Assembly: GCA_965224245.1 (NCBI GenBank)
Contig: OZ245046.1
Coordinates: 3,104,001 to 3,168,000, forward strand
DNA: 64,000 nt
DNA from: Candidatus Eiseniibacteriota bacterium
GTDB taxonomy: Bacteria; Eisenbacteria; RBG-16-71-46; CAZAMP01
Direction of reading: 5' to 3'
Numbering within the stretch: position 1 is the stretch's first letter; the number at the start of each line of letters is the position of its first letter. Position numbers and translations under genes: made by a program. The notes beneath the pieces were generated by a model. That model was not told where the DNA came from. It ran no database searches and worked only from the letters and a program-made list of their open reading frames with translations. This document shows, in pieces, positions 30,051 through 38,326 of this stretch.

Positions 30051-30622
30051 GCCAGCGCCTCCCTGAGAATCTCCGAGAGCATCGTGAGCTCGTCGTCGCG
30101 ATCGATCCTCGTACGCAGCGTGCTCAGACACCGGGACCAGCGCTGTCGGAGCGCCGCGTGGGTCGAGTCGAGCTCCGTCGCCACGTCCTTCCAGGTGCGC
30201 TTCGCGAAGTACGCCTCGGCCAGGCGGTGACACTCGGTCCCGCGACCGAGCGCTTCGGCGACGAGGAAGCGGACCCAGGCGATCGCATCCAGGTCGTTCG
30301 CCGGCCTCGCACTCGCCGTCGCGCTCTCGTGCTCGGTCAGGGGCGACGTGTACTTCGACACCACCTTCGAATGACGGAGGAACGAAAGGGCCTGACGCTT
30401 GGCGACCGTCGTCATGAAGGCCTCGTGGTTCTCGATCGCCTGCGTGTCCATGCTTCGGTAGACCCCGATCAGTGCTTGCTGGGTCACGTCCTCGATCTCC
30501 GCCGGATCCCGCCCCCGCAGCGTCCGGGCCACGACGTCACGAATGAACCGCCGTGCCCAGGCCCAGTCGATTTCGGGCTCCGGATGCCTCCGAGGGCCGG
30601 ATGACGGATCGATGGGGAGCAT
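30047..30622 (-). CDS. ECF sigma factor (divergent)
   Basis: EIEDVTQQAL region 2.2, FMTTVAKRQALSFLR region 2.3-2.4, and WKDVATEL..ALRQRWSRC region-4 HTH. GGAGG RBS; directly upstream of an anti-sigma. Confidence 0.8.
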   Translation of the reverse strand: MLPIDPSSGPRRHPEPEIDWAWARRFIRDVVARTLRGRDPAEIEDVTQQALIGVYRSMDTQAIENHEAFMTTVAKRQALSFLRHSKVVSKYTSPLTEHESATASARPANDLDAIAWVRFLVAEALGRGTECHRLAEAYFAKRTWKDVATELDSTHAALRQRWSRCLSTLRTRIDRDDELTMLSEILREALA

Positions 30623-30725
30623 GAGGTACCTCCGGCTGGCGGCCGCAACGAGCTGTCGTGGCGCAGCTTAGCAACCGGGGAGGATCTTGCTCCACCCGAA
30701 ACTCATCTCCAACGACGCTCCGCCG

Positions 30726-30776
30726 CTCCCGGTGTGACGCGATCTCCCGGTGTCACACCGTCCTCCTCCTCGCGTC
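30726..30776. promoter_or_regulatory. Repeat element and putative ECF-type promoter between the sigma and radical SAM genes
   Basis: CTCCCGGTGT direct repeat (30726, 30744); CGGTGTGAC-N13-GTCACACCG inverted repeat (30730-30760); TGTCACA-N15-CGTC facing the radical SAM gene. Confidence 0.45.
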
Positions 30777-30844
30777 GTTTCGGCCAACGCGCTGCCCCGG
30801 CCGGGAGCGGCGACTCGACCCACGCACCAACATCGGAGGCCGTC

Positions 30845-31972
30845 ATGTCAGTCCCCGTCGTCGAACCGTCCCAGACCGCCCGGCTCTCGCGCCTCATGGC
30901 CGAGGATCCGGCGCTCGGCGCTCGCTTCCGCCGGCTCCGGCGCTTCTCGGCGCGCGTTCGCGTCTCGGAGTACCACTTGACCAACGCCTGCAACCTGCGG
31001 TGCCGCGGCTGCTGGTTCTTCGAGTTCGGCCACGACCGCGACAGCCGCGAGGTGACCGATCTGGGACGCCTCGACGCGTTCGTGCGCTCCGAGCGCGAGC
31101 GTCGCATCAACACCGCGCTCCTGATCGGGGGCGAGCCGACCCTGGTCCCCGAGCGAATCGACGTGTTCAGGCGGCACATGACCCACGTGACGATCTCCAC
31201 CAATGGGCTGCATCCCCTTCCGTACGACGGATACGAGGACGTCGCGATCGGGGTGACGTTGTTCGGAGGTGGTCCGCTCGACGACGAGCTCCGAGCGATC
31301 CGACCCGGAGGACGCCGCTTCCGCGGCCTGTTCGATCGCGCGCTCACGAGCTATCGCGACGATCCGCGCGTGGGGTTCATCTACGCCGTCACCGAGAACG
31401 GCATCGACCACGTCGAGGACACCGTCGCGCGCATCGCCGACAACGGCAACCGGGTCACGTTCAACTTCTACAGCGCCTACGGGACGGACGACCCGCTGGC
31501 GATGACCCAGCAAGCGCGACTTCTCGACGAGCTGCTGCGCGTGCGATCGGCGTACCCGGACGTGGTCATGAGCCACCCCACGTACATACGTGCGCTCATC
31601 ACCGGTCGCACCTCATGGGGGACTTTCGGCTACGAGACCTGTCCCTCGATCAGCGTCGACCACCCGGCGCACGCCGAACGCATCCGGAACGGCAACCCGG
31701 TCCTCCCCCGTTTTGCCACGTGGGGGGCCGATCTGGAGACCCTCAAGACGTGCTGCACGTCGGGACATTGCGACGGCTGCCGGGACAGCCAGGCGGTTCA
31801 GAGCTGGCTCCTCGTGAGCAGCCGTCACTTTCTCGATGACCTCTCCACTCTCCGGACGTGGGTGGAGCTGGCGGAGTCCTACTGGAGCCAGTTCGTGTGG
31901 AGCCCGTGGAGCCCACACCACCGAGATCACGTCGTTCGCGTCCCGCAGCTCGTCCCGGAGTGTGGCGCATGA
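30845..31972 (+). CDS. Radical SAM protein with C-terminal Cys cluster (SPASM/twitch-like)
   Basis: CNLRCRGC, GGEPT and STNG motifs; C-terminal ETCP..TCCTSGHCDGC. ATG at 30845 with GGAGG RBS. Confidence 0.88.
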   Translation: MSVPVVEPSQTARLSRLMAEDPALGARFRRLRRFSARVRVSEYHLTNACNLRCRGCWFFEFGHDRDSREVTDLGRLDAFVRSERERRINTALLIGGEPTLVPERIDVFRRHMTHVTISTNGLHPLPYDGYEDVAIGVTLFGGGPLDDELRAIRPGGRRFRGLFDRALTSYRDDPRVGFIYAVTENGIDHVEDTVARIADNGNRVTFNFYSAYGTDDPLAMTQQARLLDELLRVRSAYPDVVMSHPTYIRALITGRTSWGTFGYETCPSISVDHPAHAERIRNGNPVLPRFATWGADLETLKTCCTSGHCDGCRDSQAVQSWLLVSSRHFLDDLSTLRTWVELAESYWSQFVWSPWSPHHRDHVVRVPQLVPECGA

Positions 31973-32460
31973 GGAGACATGACACGTCCCCGACCCGAGA
32001 AAGCGTCCGGTCCCCCGGCACGCAGGCGCTCGCTCGCATCGAGGCGCTGCCGATCGTGAAGCACCTCGGGCTCGAGATCGGGCTCGACGACACCGGCACC
32101 GCGAGGGCGTGGCTGTCGAGCGTCGAGCCCTTTCACCTGGGCGGACTCGAGGAAGCGGTGCTGAACGGCGGCATCGTGCTGTCTCTGCTCGACGCGGTCG
32201 TCGCGTCGGCGGCTCTCGTCCACGTGGGTCGAGGACGGTGCGGGACGGTCCAGCTGAACGCGCAGATCGCACGTCCGGTTCCGGCGCGTCGCAGCGTCGC
32301 CGTCGGACGCATCACCGACGGCGGCCGCCGGCTGCTGTTCGCCGAGGCGTGGATCGAGCACCCGATCCACGGAGTCATGGCCCGCGCATCCGCGGTTCTC
32401 GCCCGGCTGCCGTGTCACACCCGGGCGGGCGAGGAGACGTGTCAGATGAGGCCCGAGTAA
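31969..32460 (+). CDS. PaaI/hotdog-fold thioesterase
   Basis: ATGA overlap with the radical SAM gene; HLGLEI, LNGGIVLSLLD, TVQLNAQIARP and GRRLLFAEA motifs. Confidence 0.82.
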   Translation: MRRHDTSPTRESVRSPGTQALARIEALPIVKHLGLEIGLDDTGTARAWLSSVEPFHLGGLEEAVLNGGIVLSLLDAVVASAALVHVGRGRCGTVQLNAQIARPVPARRSVAVGRITDGGRRLLFAEAWIEHPIHGVMARASAVLARLPCHTRAGEETCQMRPE

Positions 32461-32490
32461 CGACACGCGACCCTTTCCAGGAGGACACCG

Positions 32491-34050
32491 ATGCAGAACG
32501 CGAGCTCATCACCCGCTTCGGCCATCCAGCGCCCGACGAGCGCCCCGGAAGCCTCGAGATCTCTCATCCGTGCCGGCGGCGTGCGGGTCGGCCTCGTCCT
32601 GAGTGCGATCGCGCTCGCCGCGGCCGTGCCCACGCGAGGGCGCGCCGAGATCATCCACGTCCCGGCGGACTACCCGACCGTGGCCGGCGCGCTGCTCGCC
32701 GCGCAGGCCGGTGACGAGATCGTCCTGGCCTGCCAGGAGCACGTGGGACCGGCCGTTCTCGGTCCCGACCGGGACGGCGTGATCATCCGCGCCGCCACCG
32801 ACGGGTGTGCCACGTACACCGGTCGGCTCGAGCTCGAGTCTTCCGTCACCATCGAAGGCCTCCTGTTCGACGCCGGAGACGTCTTTCACGACGGATCGAT
32901 GGAGCCGATCGAGCTCCGGATCCGTCGGACGCGCTTCACGGGCGCTCCGCAACCGATCTGGGTCGGCTCGGCCGACGTCGACCTGACCGACGTGGTCGTC
33001 GATCAGGGCGGGCTCACGATCCAGGCGGGTCGTGTCCGGATCTCCGGGAGCACGTTCATCACGCACGGCGTCATGGCGCCGTCGCTGAGCTCGCTAACGA
33101 TCGAGAACAGCACGTTCGGAGATGGTCGGACCCTCTGCCAGTCCTACATGGGCCTGGACCCCGAGGGCACGTTCGAGATCTCCGACTGTCACTTCCAGCA
33201 CTCCACGGTGCAGATCAACCCGGACACGAGCTCTGACGCCCCCGTGATCACCTTCCGCGGATGCACGTTCGAGGACGGGAGACAGGGGCGTCGTGCGATC
33301 CATGCGACGTACGTCGGAGCCGTCTTCGAGGACTGCTCGTTCCTCGGCAACGCCGGGGTCGCGGTGAGGATCGACAGGGCGAGGCACCCGGTGCAGCTCG
33401 ACTCCTGTCGTTTCGTCGGCAACGGTGAAGCACTGCAGATCTTCTCTCCGTTGCAGCCCGTTCAGCTCCGATCCTGCGTGTTCCTGGAGAGCGATCGGGG
33501 CGCCGTCCACCTCGGGCTGGGGGCGACCGGTGAGGCGTCCTTCGTCGGCTGTACGTTCTCCCGCAACGTCGGCTCAGCGGGCGCCATCGCCAACGGATGG
33601 TACGGACTGGCGGGTGGTCGGATCCGGATCGAGGAATCGACGTTCTTCGAGAACGCGGCCAACAGCCAGTACGGCGTCGCACACATCAACGCCCGAGACG
33701 CCGAGCTCGTCATGTCGGAGTGTGTCGTCTACGGGGGCACGGGAACCTGCAGCGTCGCGACCGGCGAGGGTGCGGTCGACGTCTCCTGCACGGACATCTA
33801 CGGGATCGAGAACGGACACGACTGGACCGGCTGCAGCGCGTCCCTGGCCGCCCAGCTGGGCGCGCACGGAAACGTCTCGTCGGATCCGATGTTCTGCCGC
33901 GAGGACCCGCACGGGGCGGAGGACTGGAGCGTGGACGAGGCCTCGCCCACCCAGGTCGACGGGTGCGCCATGGGCGCCTGGCCGGCGTCGAGCTGCGTCG
34001 TTCCGATCGAGAGCGTGTCCTGGGGTCGGCTCAAGTCCAGCTACAGATGA
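32491..34050 (+). CDS. Secreted right-handed parallel beta-helix protein with SWGxxKxxYR tail
   Basis: IIHVPADYPTV..AGDEIVL start; repeated C.F..N turns; GNVSSDPMFC..SP..MGA; ends VPIESVSWGRLKSSYR*. Confidence 0.82.
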   Translation: MQNASSSPASAIQRPTSAPEASRSLIRAGGVRVGLVLSAIALAAAVPTRGRAEIIHVPADYPTVAGALLAAQAGDEIVLACQEHVGPAVLGPDRDGVIIRAATDGCATYTGRLELESSVTIEGLLFDAGDVFHDGSMEPIELRIRRTRFTGAPQPIWVGSADVDLTDVVVDQGGLTIQAGRVRISGSTFITHGVMAPSLSSLTIENSTFGDGRTLCQSYMGLDPEGTFEISDCHFQHSTVQINPDTSSDAPVITFRGCTFEDGRQGRRAIHATYVGAVFEDCSFLGNAGVAVRIDRARHPVQLDSCRFVGNGEALQIFSPLQPVQLRSCVFLESDRGAVHLGLGATGEASFVGCTFSRNVGSAGAIANGWYGLAGGRIRIEESTFFENAANSQYGVAHINARDAELVMSECVVYGGTGTCSVATGEGAVDVSCTDIYGIENGHDWTGCSASLAAQLGAHGNVSSDPMFCREDPHGAEDWSVDEASPTQVDGCAMGAWPASSCVVPIESVSWGRLKSSYR

Positions 34051-34163
34051 CGGCCGGTCACGCGGCGCCCCGGCGCCAGGAGCCCGGCGCGGCGCTCTGT
34101 TCGGCAGGAGCAGCGAGAATCGGATCTCGCAAACCATCACCACGTTTCCACGGAGTGTCACAC

Positions 34164-34706
34164 ATGACCCGCACACATCCACCGATCTCCTCGGGCCCCT
34201 CACGCCGCGTCCGCCGACTCGGCCCGGTGGTCTTGCTCGTCGCGATCGCACTCTGCAGCTGTGAGAAGAAGCCGAGGATCGCCGAGCCCGATCCCGAGTC
34301 GTTTCGGATCTGGGTCGACGGCGAGCGAGCCGACATCGTCCACCGCGAAGTGGGCGTCTACGGTGGGTTCCAGGTGTCCGGTGTGATCCGGCTCGCCGAC
34401 GACTTTGCACAGTTCGGGTTCTTCACCCCCCTGATCGAGCCCGGCACCTACGTGTTCGACACCGACTCGCTGGTCGGGGGACTCGGGATCATCGAGCCCG
34501 GGGAGGACGCACCGCGCGTGCTCTACTCGACCTGTGCGCTCCCCGATCCGGGCTCGATCACGATCGAGTCGGTGGAGGACGGTCGGTACACCGGCTGGTC
34601 GGAGTTCGACGCCGCGGAGATCGACGGTGCCGGAGGCTGCATGCCGGTCGGAGATCGACGCGTCCGGGTGAGATGCGAGTTCGACGTCACGGCTCGGACC
34701 GAGTGA
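34164..34706 (+). CDS. Hypothetical lipoprotein
   Basis: GGAG RBS before ATG at 34164; VVLLVAIALCS-C lipobox; beta-rich mature domain (PGTY..GSITI..YTGWSEF). Confidence 0.6.
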   Translation: MTRTHPPISSGPSRRVRRLGPVVLLVAIALCSCEKKPRIAEPDPESFRIWVDGERADIVHREVGVYGGFQVSGVIRLADDFAQFGFFTPLIEPGTYVFDTDSLVGGLGIIEPGEDAPRVLYSTCALPDPGSITIESVEDGRYTGWSEFDAAEIDGAGGCMPVGDRRVRVRCEFDVTARTE

Positions 34707-34955
34707 GCCTGTCACGTCGCACGTGGTATACAGGCCGACGGGATCGGGTCGAGGCCGGTGTGCCTCGACCCCAAACCGCTGTTCGGTCGAATGGCCCGGA
34801 GCCCGGGCCTCCCTACCGTCGAGACAAGCCGCCCCCGATGATCGAAATGTGACCCCTCCGTGAGGAACTGACGCCATTCGATCTCTAGGCTGCGAAGCGG
34901 TCTTGAAACGAGACCCGTGCTTTGCCGTCGTTCAACCGATCCCAGGAGGTACCAC

Positions 34956-36656
34956 ATGTCTCGCACGATCGTGGCCGTTCTGATGGCGAGCCTGTCGCCC
35001 GCGGTCTTTACGCCGGCAGCAACGCAGGCGGCCGTCGAGTACGACTACGAGACCACCCTGCCCGGCTACTACCTCGGTCGGGGTCTGGACGTCGTCGTGG
35101 ACGATGCCGGCGACGCGTTCGTGAGCGGGTCGTACTACGCGGACGAGCACACGCTCGACATCCTGATCGCCAAGCTCGATGCCGACGGAACGCCGCTCTG
35201 GAGCGTCCCCGTCGGGGCGGACAACTCGGTTCACGACCACGCGGGTGGCATCTGCCTCGATGCGGCGGGCGACCTCTGGGTCGCGGGGTGGACCTCGTCC
35301 GAGAGCTTTCCCACCACGCCCGACGCCCTCGACGACACGCCGTCGTTCGCGGGTGACGTCTTCGTCATGAAGCTCGCGTCCGCGGACGGCTCCATTCTCT
35401 ACAGCACGCTCATCGGCGGCGACTACGTCGACCGCGGCTACGACATCTGCATCGACGACGCGGGCGCGATCTACGTGACGGGGTTCACCGGCTCCACGGA
35501 CTTCCCCACCACACCCGATGCCTATCAGCCCGAGCCGAGCGCGCCGCTGTACATCTTCCAGGACGCATTCGTCGTCAAGCTCTCGCCGGACGGCCGGACG
35601 CTCCTCTACAGCACGTACTTCGGCGGGTTCGAGGACGACTGGGGCGAGAACATCGCCGTCGACGCCGACGGGAACATCGTGATCTCCGGAACCACCGACG
35701 CCGAGGACTTCCCGCTGGCCAACCCGATCCAGTCCACCCCGGACCGCATCTTCGTCTCCAAGCTCTCCGCGGACGGCAGCGAGGTGCTCTTCGGCACCTA
35801 CTTCGGCGGGGAGAACATCGACTACCTGCGCGGCATGGACCTCGATCCCCTGGGCAACGTGTACCTCACGGGCACCACCCGGTCGGTCTCCTTCCCCACG
35901 ACCGCCGGCGCGTTCCAGGAGGACTTCGTCGGCGAGATCAACGGCTGCGAGGAGGGCTTCCCCGGACATCCCGTGAACTGCTTCGACGGATTCCTGGCCA
36001 AGCTGGCCACCGACGGCAGCGGCCTCCAGTACGGGACCTATCTCGGTGGCAGCCTCCACGACGAGCCGTCCACGGTGGTGGTCGACCCGTCGGGAGCCGC
36101 CCACGTCGTCGGCTACTCCGGCTCCCCCGACTACCTGGGATCGGGTAGCAGCTCGGCGTCCATCTTCGTGGCCGGGCTCGACGCCGGCGGAAGCGCCGTG
36201 GAGTACGTCGTCACGAAGGCCTCTCCCAGCGCCGGGGCCGGCCACGGGATCGCACTCGACGCGACCGGCGACGTCTACTTCACCGGCGCGCTCGGTGTCC
36301 CGTACGACATCTACATCGCGAAGCTGGGCATGCCGGCCATCGTCTCCGTCGGCGACGCCGGCACCGGGCCCGGCTTCCTCACGCTCGGTCCGAGCACTCC
36401 GAACCCGTTCCGGGCGTCCACGCAGGTGACGTACTCGGTCAACGGCGTCGACGACGTGCACGCTCGGCTTCGCGTCTTCGATGCGTCGGGGCGCCTGGTG
36501 CGCACGCTCGTCGACGGCGTCGTGACCCCCGGCGCGCACTCGGAGACGTGGGACGGCACGAACCAGGCAGGGGGACGCGTGTCTCCGGGCGTGTACTTCT
36601 ACCGGCTGGAGGCGCGCCAGGCCAGCACCACCGGTCGCATGTTGCTCGTCCGATGA
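34956..36656 (+). CDS. Secreted SBBP-repeat beta-propeller protein with FlgD/T9SS-like CTD
   Basis: AGGAGG RBS; repeated VTGxTxSxDFPTT..DAFVxKL..LLYSTYFGG; CTD PNPF..FDASGRLVRTL..WDG..GVYFYRL. Confidence 0.88.
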   Translation: MSRTIVAVLMASLSPAVFTPAATQAAVEYDYETTLPGYYLGRGLDVVVDDAGDAFVSGSYYADEHTLDILIAKLDADGTPLWSVPVGADNSVHDHAGGICLDAAGDLWVAGWTSSESFPTTPDALDDTPSFAGDVFVMKLASADGSILYSTLIGGDYVDRGYDICIDDAGAIYVTGFTGSTDFPTTPDAYQPEPSAPLYIFQDAFVVKLSPDGRTLLYSTYFGGFEDDWGENIAVDADGNIVISGTTDAEDFPLANPIQSTPDRIFVSKLSADGSEVLFGTYFGGENIDYLRGMDLDPLGNVYLTGTTRSVSFPTTAGAFQEDFVGEINGCEEGFPGHPVNCFDGFLAKLATDGSGLQYGTYLGGSLHDEPSTVVVDPSGAAHVVGYSGSPDYLGSGSSSASIFVAGLDAGGSAVEYVVTKASPSAGAGHGIALDATGDVYFTGALGVPYDIYIAKLGMPAIVSVGDAGTGPGFLTLGPSTPNPFRASTQVTYSVNGVDDVHARLRVFDASGRLVRTLVDGVVTPGAHSETWDGTNQAGGRVSPGVYFYRLEARQASTTGRMLLVR

Positions 36657-36674
36657 TCTGAACGAGTCCGATCG

Positions 36675-36715
36675 GGGCCTCGCTCCCGTCTCGCGAGAGA
36701 CGGAGAGCGAGGCCC
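36675..36715. terminator. Hairpin between convergent genes (likely bidirectional terminator)
   Basis: GGGCCTCGCTCCCGTCTC-GCGA-GAGACGG(A)GAGCGAGGCCC: an 18-bp stem with one bulge and a GNRA loop; no U-tract. Confidence 0.6.
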
Positions 36716-36724
36716 ACGACGGCG

Positions 36725-38140
36725 TCAGCGCGCGAGAACGGCCTTCCGCGACCGGACGCCGGTCGCGGTGGAGAGCGTCACGACGTAGGTTCCGGCGGGG
36801 AGCCGCCGGCCGGCGTCGTCGTGACCATCCCAGCCCACCACCAGCGCTCCTCCGGTCGACCTCGAGTGAACGAGCCGGACGCGCCTCCCGGTCACGTCGA
36901 AGACCGCCAGACTGACCGGCCCCGGCGAGACCGAGCCGGTGAACAGCGTCGACGTGTGGAACGGATTGGGCATCGGCGGATCGAGCCGGCTGACGACGGG
37001 TTCGATCACAGGGTCGCCGACACCGATCGCGGGTGGCGCCAGCCAGGAGTAGTAGAGTCTCGAGCCGCTCCTCTCGTCCACATACGAGACGTGTGGACGC
37101 CCCGCCGAGTCCAGACCGAGGGACGAGTGCTTCCCGACCGTCCCCACGGTGGCGACGCGCGTCTCGTGCCAGACCGTACCGTCGTGCCGGAGGTAGACCA
37201 GGTCGGCGGCGCCCTCGTCGTAGGTGGAGATGTGCGGCCGATCGTCCCCGTCGAGCGCCAGCGCGTTGTACGCCCCGATGTCGCTGCTTCCGGCGTCGAT
37301 CGAGACGTCCTCCCAGTCCGAGCCGGTCCATCGGAGGTACACGATCCGTCGGTCGGGGTAGAACTTCCCGCAGGCCACGTGCGGGTTGTCGTCCGAATCG
37401 ATCGCGATCTGCGGCCAGTGGCCGGCGCTCACGGACTCGAGCAGCTCGAGGTCCCAGAACCCGTCGGAGCCGAGAACGGCATACCAGAAGTCGTAGGTGG
37501 AGTAGTTGCAGTACGCGATGTGCGGCATCCCGTCGCCATCCACGGCGATCGACGACCACCCCGTGAACCCGAAGTCGACCTCCGTGACGTGCCACGTGGC
37601 GCCGTCCCGGGTCGCGTACCGGAGGTCGCCCTCGCTCTCGACGTCCGCGTAGGAGATGTGGGGACGTCCGTCTGTGTCGACGGCGATGGAGGGAAACTCG
37701 CCCAGCGTCCAGTCGGACGACGAGTCCACGGTCTCGATGCTCCAGTCGACGCCGTCGAAATGCGCGTACCACAGGCCGTCCGCGTGGTAGGCCACGTGCA
37801 GTCCGTCGTTCGCGTCGATGGCCAGCGAGATCCCGAAGCCGACCGGCGAGACGTCGACGATCTCCGTCTGCCAGGTTCCCCCCGGGGTCTTCCAGGCGTG
37901 CTTGAGCGCCTGCTCGAGCGTGGAGCGGTACGCGACGTGCGGCTGATCGCTGGAATCGAGGACGATGGACGAGTACTCGCCCGTGTACGGCTCGACGTCG
38001 ACGAGTTCGGTTCGCCAGCCGGCCTCCGCGGGGACAGCCAGGAGAACGACGCACATCGCCGGCAGCCAGCGCGGGCGCAACCACATGGACCTGGGATTCA
38101 CTCCCGGGGACGTTGCGGCGCGGGGCTCGTTCACCGTCAT
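36725..38140 (-). CDS. Secreted beta-propeller repeat protein with FlgD/T9SS-like CTD
   Basis: About seven repeats of SIA(V/L)Dxx(G/D)xPH(I/V)(S/A)Y..L.Y..W..E.VD; CTD PNPF..FDVTGRRVR..WDG..GTYVV..RKAVLAR. GGAGG before ATG at 38140. Confidence 0.82.
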   Translation of the reverse strand: MTVNEPRAATSPGVNPRSMWLRPRWLPAMCVVLLAVPAEAGWRTELVDVEPYTGEYSSIVLDSSDQPHVAYRSTLEQALKHAWKTPGGTWQTEIVDVSPVGFGISLAIDANDGLHVAYHADGLWYAHFDGVDWSIETVDSSSDWTLGEFPSIAVDTDGRPHISYADVESEGDLRYATRDGATWHVTEVDFGFTGWSSIAVDGDGMPHIAYCNYSTYDFWYAVLGSDGFWDLELLESVSAGHWPQIAIDSDDNPHVACGKFYPDRRIVYLRWTGSDWEDVSIDAGSSDIGAYNALALDGDDRPHISTYDEGAADLVYLRHDGTVWHETRVATVGTVGKHSSLGLDSAGRPHVSYVDERSGSRLYYSWLAPPAIGVGDPVIEPVVSRLDPPMPNPFHTSTLFTGSVSPGPVSLAVFDVTGRRVRLVHSRSTGGALVVGWDGHDDAGRRLPAGTYVVTLSTATGVRSRKAVLAR

Positions 38141-38261
38141 GCCGGAGCCTCCAGAAGGGTCGGGCAGTCCCGTGCGCCGGGACGGGCACGGTCGCTGGAC
38201 GGCCACCGCGTGAGTCTACCAGGCCCGCGCCGTTCGCCGACACCACGCGGACGACGGACAC

Positions 38262-38303
38262 TTGACTCGCGGCGCCGGGTCGAGATACTTTGTATCGTAA
38301 AGT
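38262..38303 (+). promoter_or_regulatory. Sigma70-like promoter overlapped by an ACTTTG-N5-TAAAGT operator
   Basis: TTGACT at 38262, -10-like GATACT/TACTTT at about 38284-38291, palindrome ACTTTGTATCGTAAAGT at 38287-38303. Confidence 0.65.
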
Positions 38304-38326
38304 CATGCCACCCGGAGAGAGGGCCC

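Noticed and set aside
26078-30622. Type III-E CRISPR accessory module (Csx29/Csx30/RpoE)
   Set aside because: No cas genes or repeat-spacer array in the window. The CHAT protein has a lipobox and its partner is a TM ZAS anti-sigma, so only the logic is analogous.
30845-31972. RiPP (ranthipeptide/sactipeptide) maturase
   Set aside because: No RRE/PqqD domain and no precursor-peptide ORF nearby; the coupled gene is a thioesterase.
34892-34925. Leader hairpin GCGAAGC-GGTCTTGAAACGAGACC-..GCTTTGC as a c-di-GMP riboswitch
   Set aside because: It lacks the GGCAAAC..GACGCAAAGC core and second stem of the c-di-GMP-I motif; a single hairpin is not enough. An Rfam/Infernal scan would settle it.
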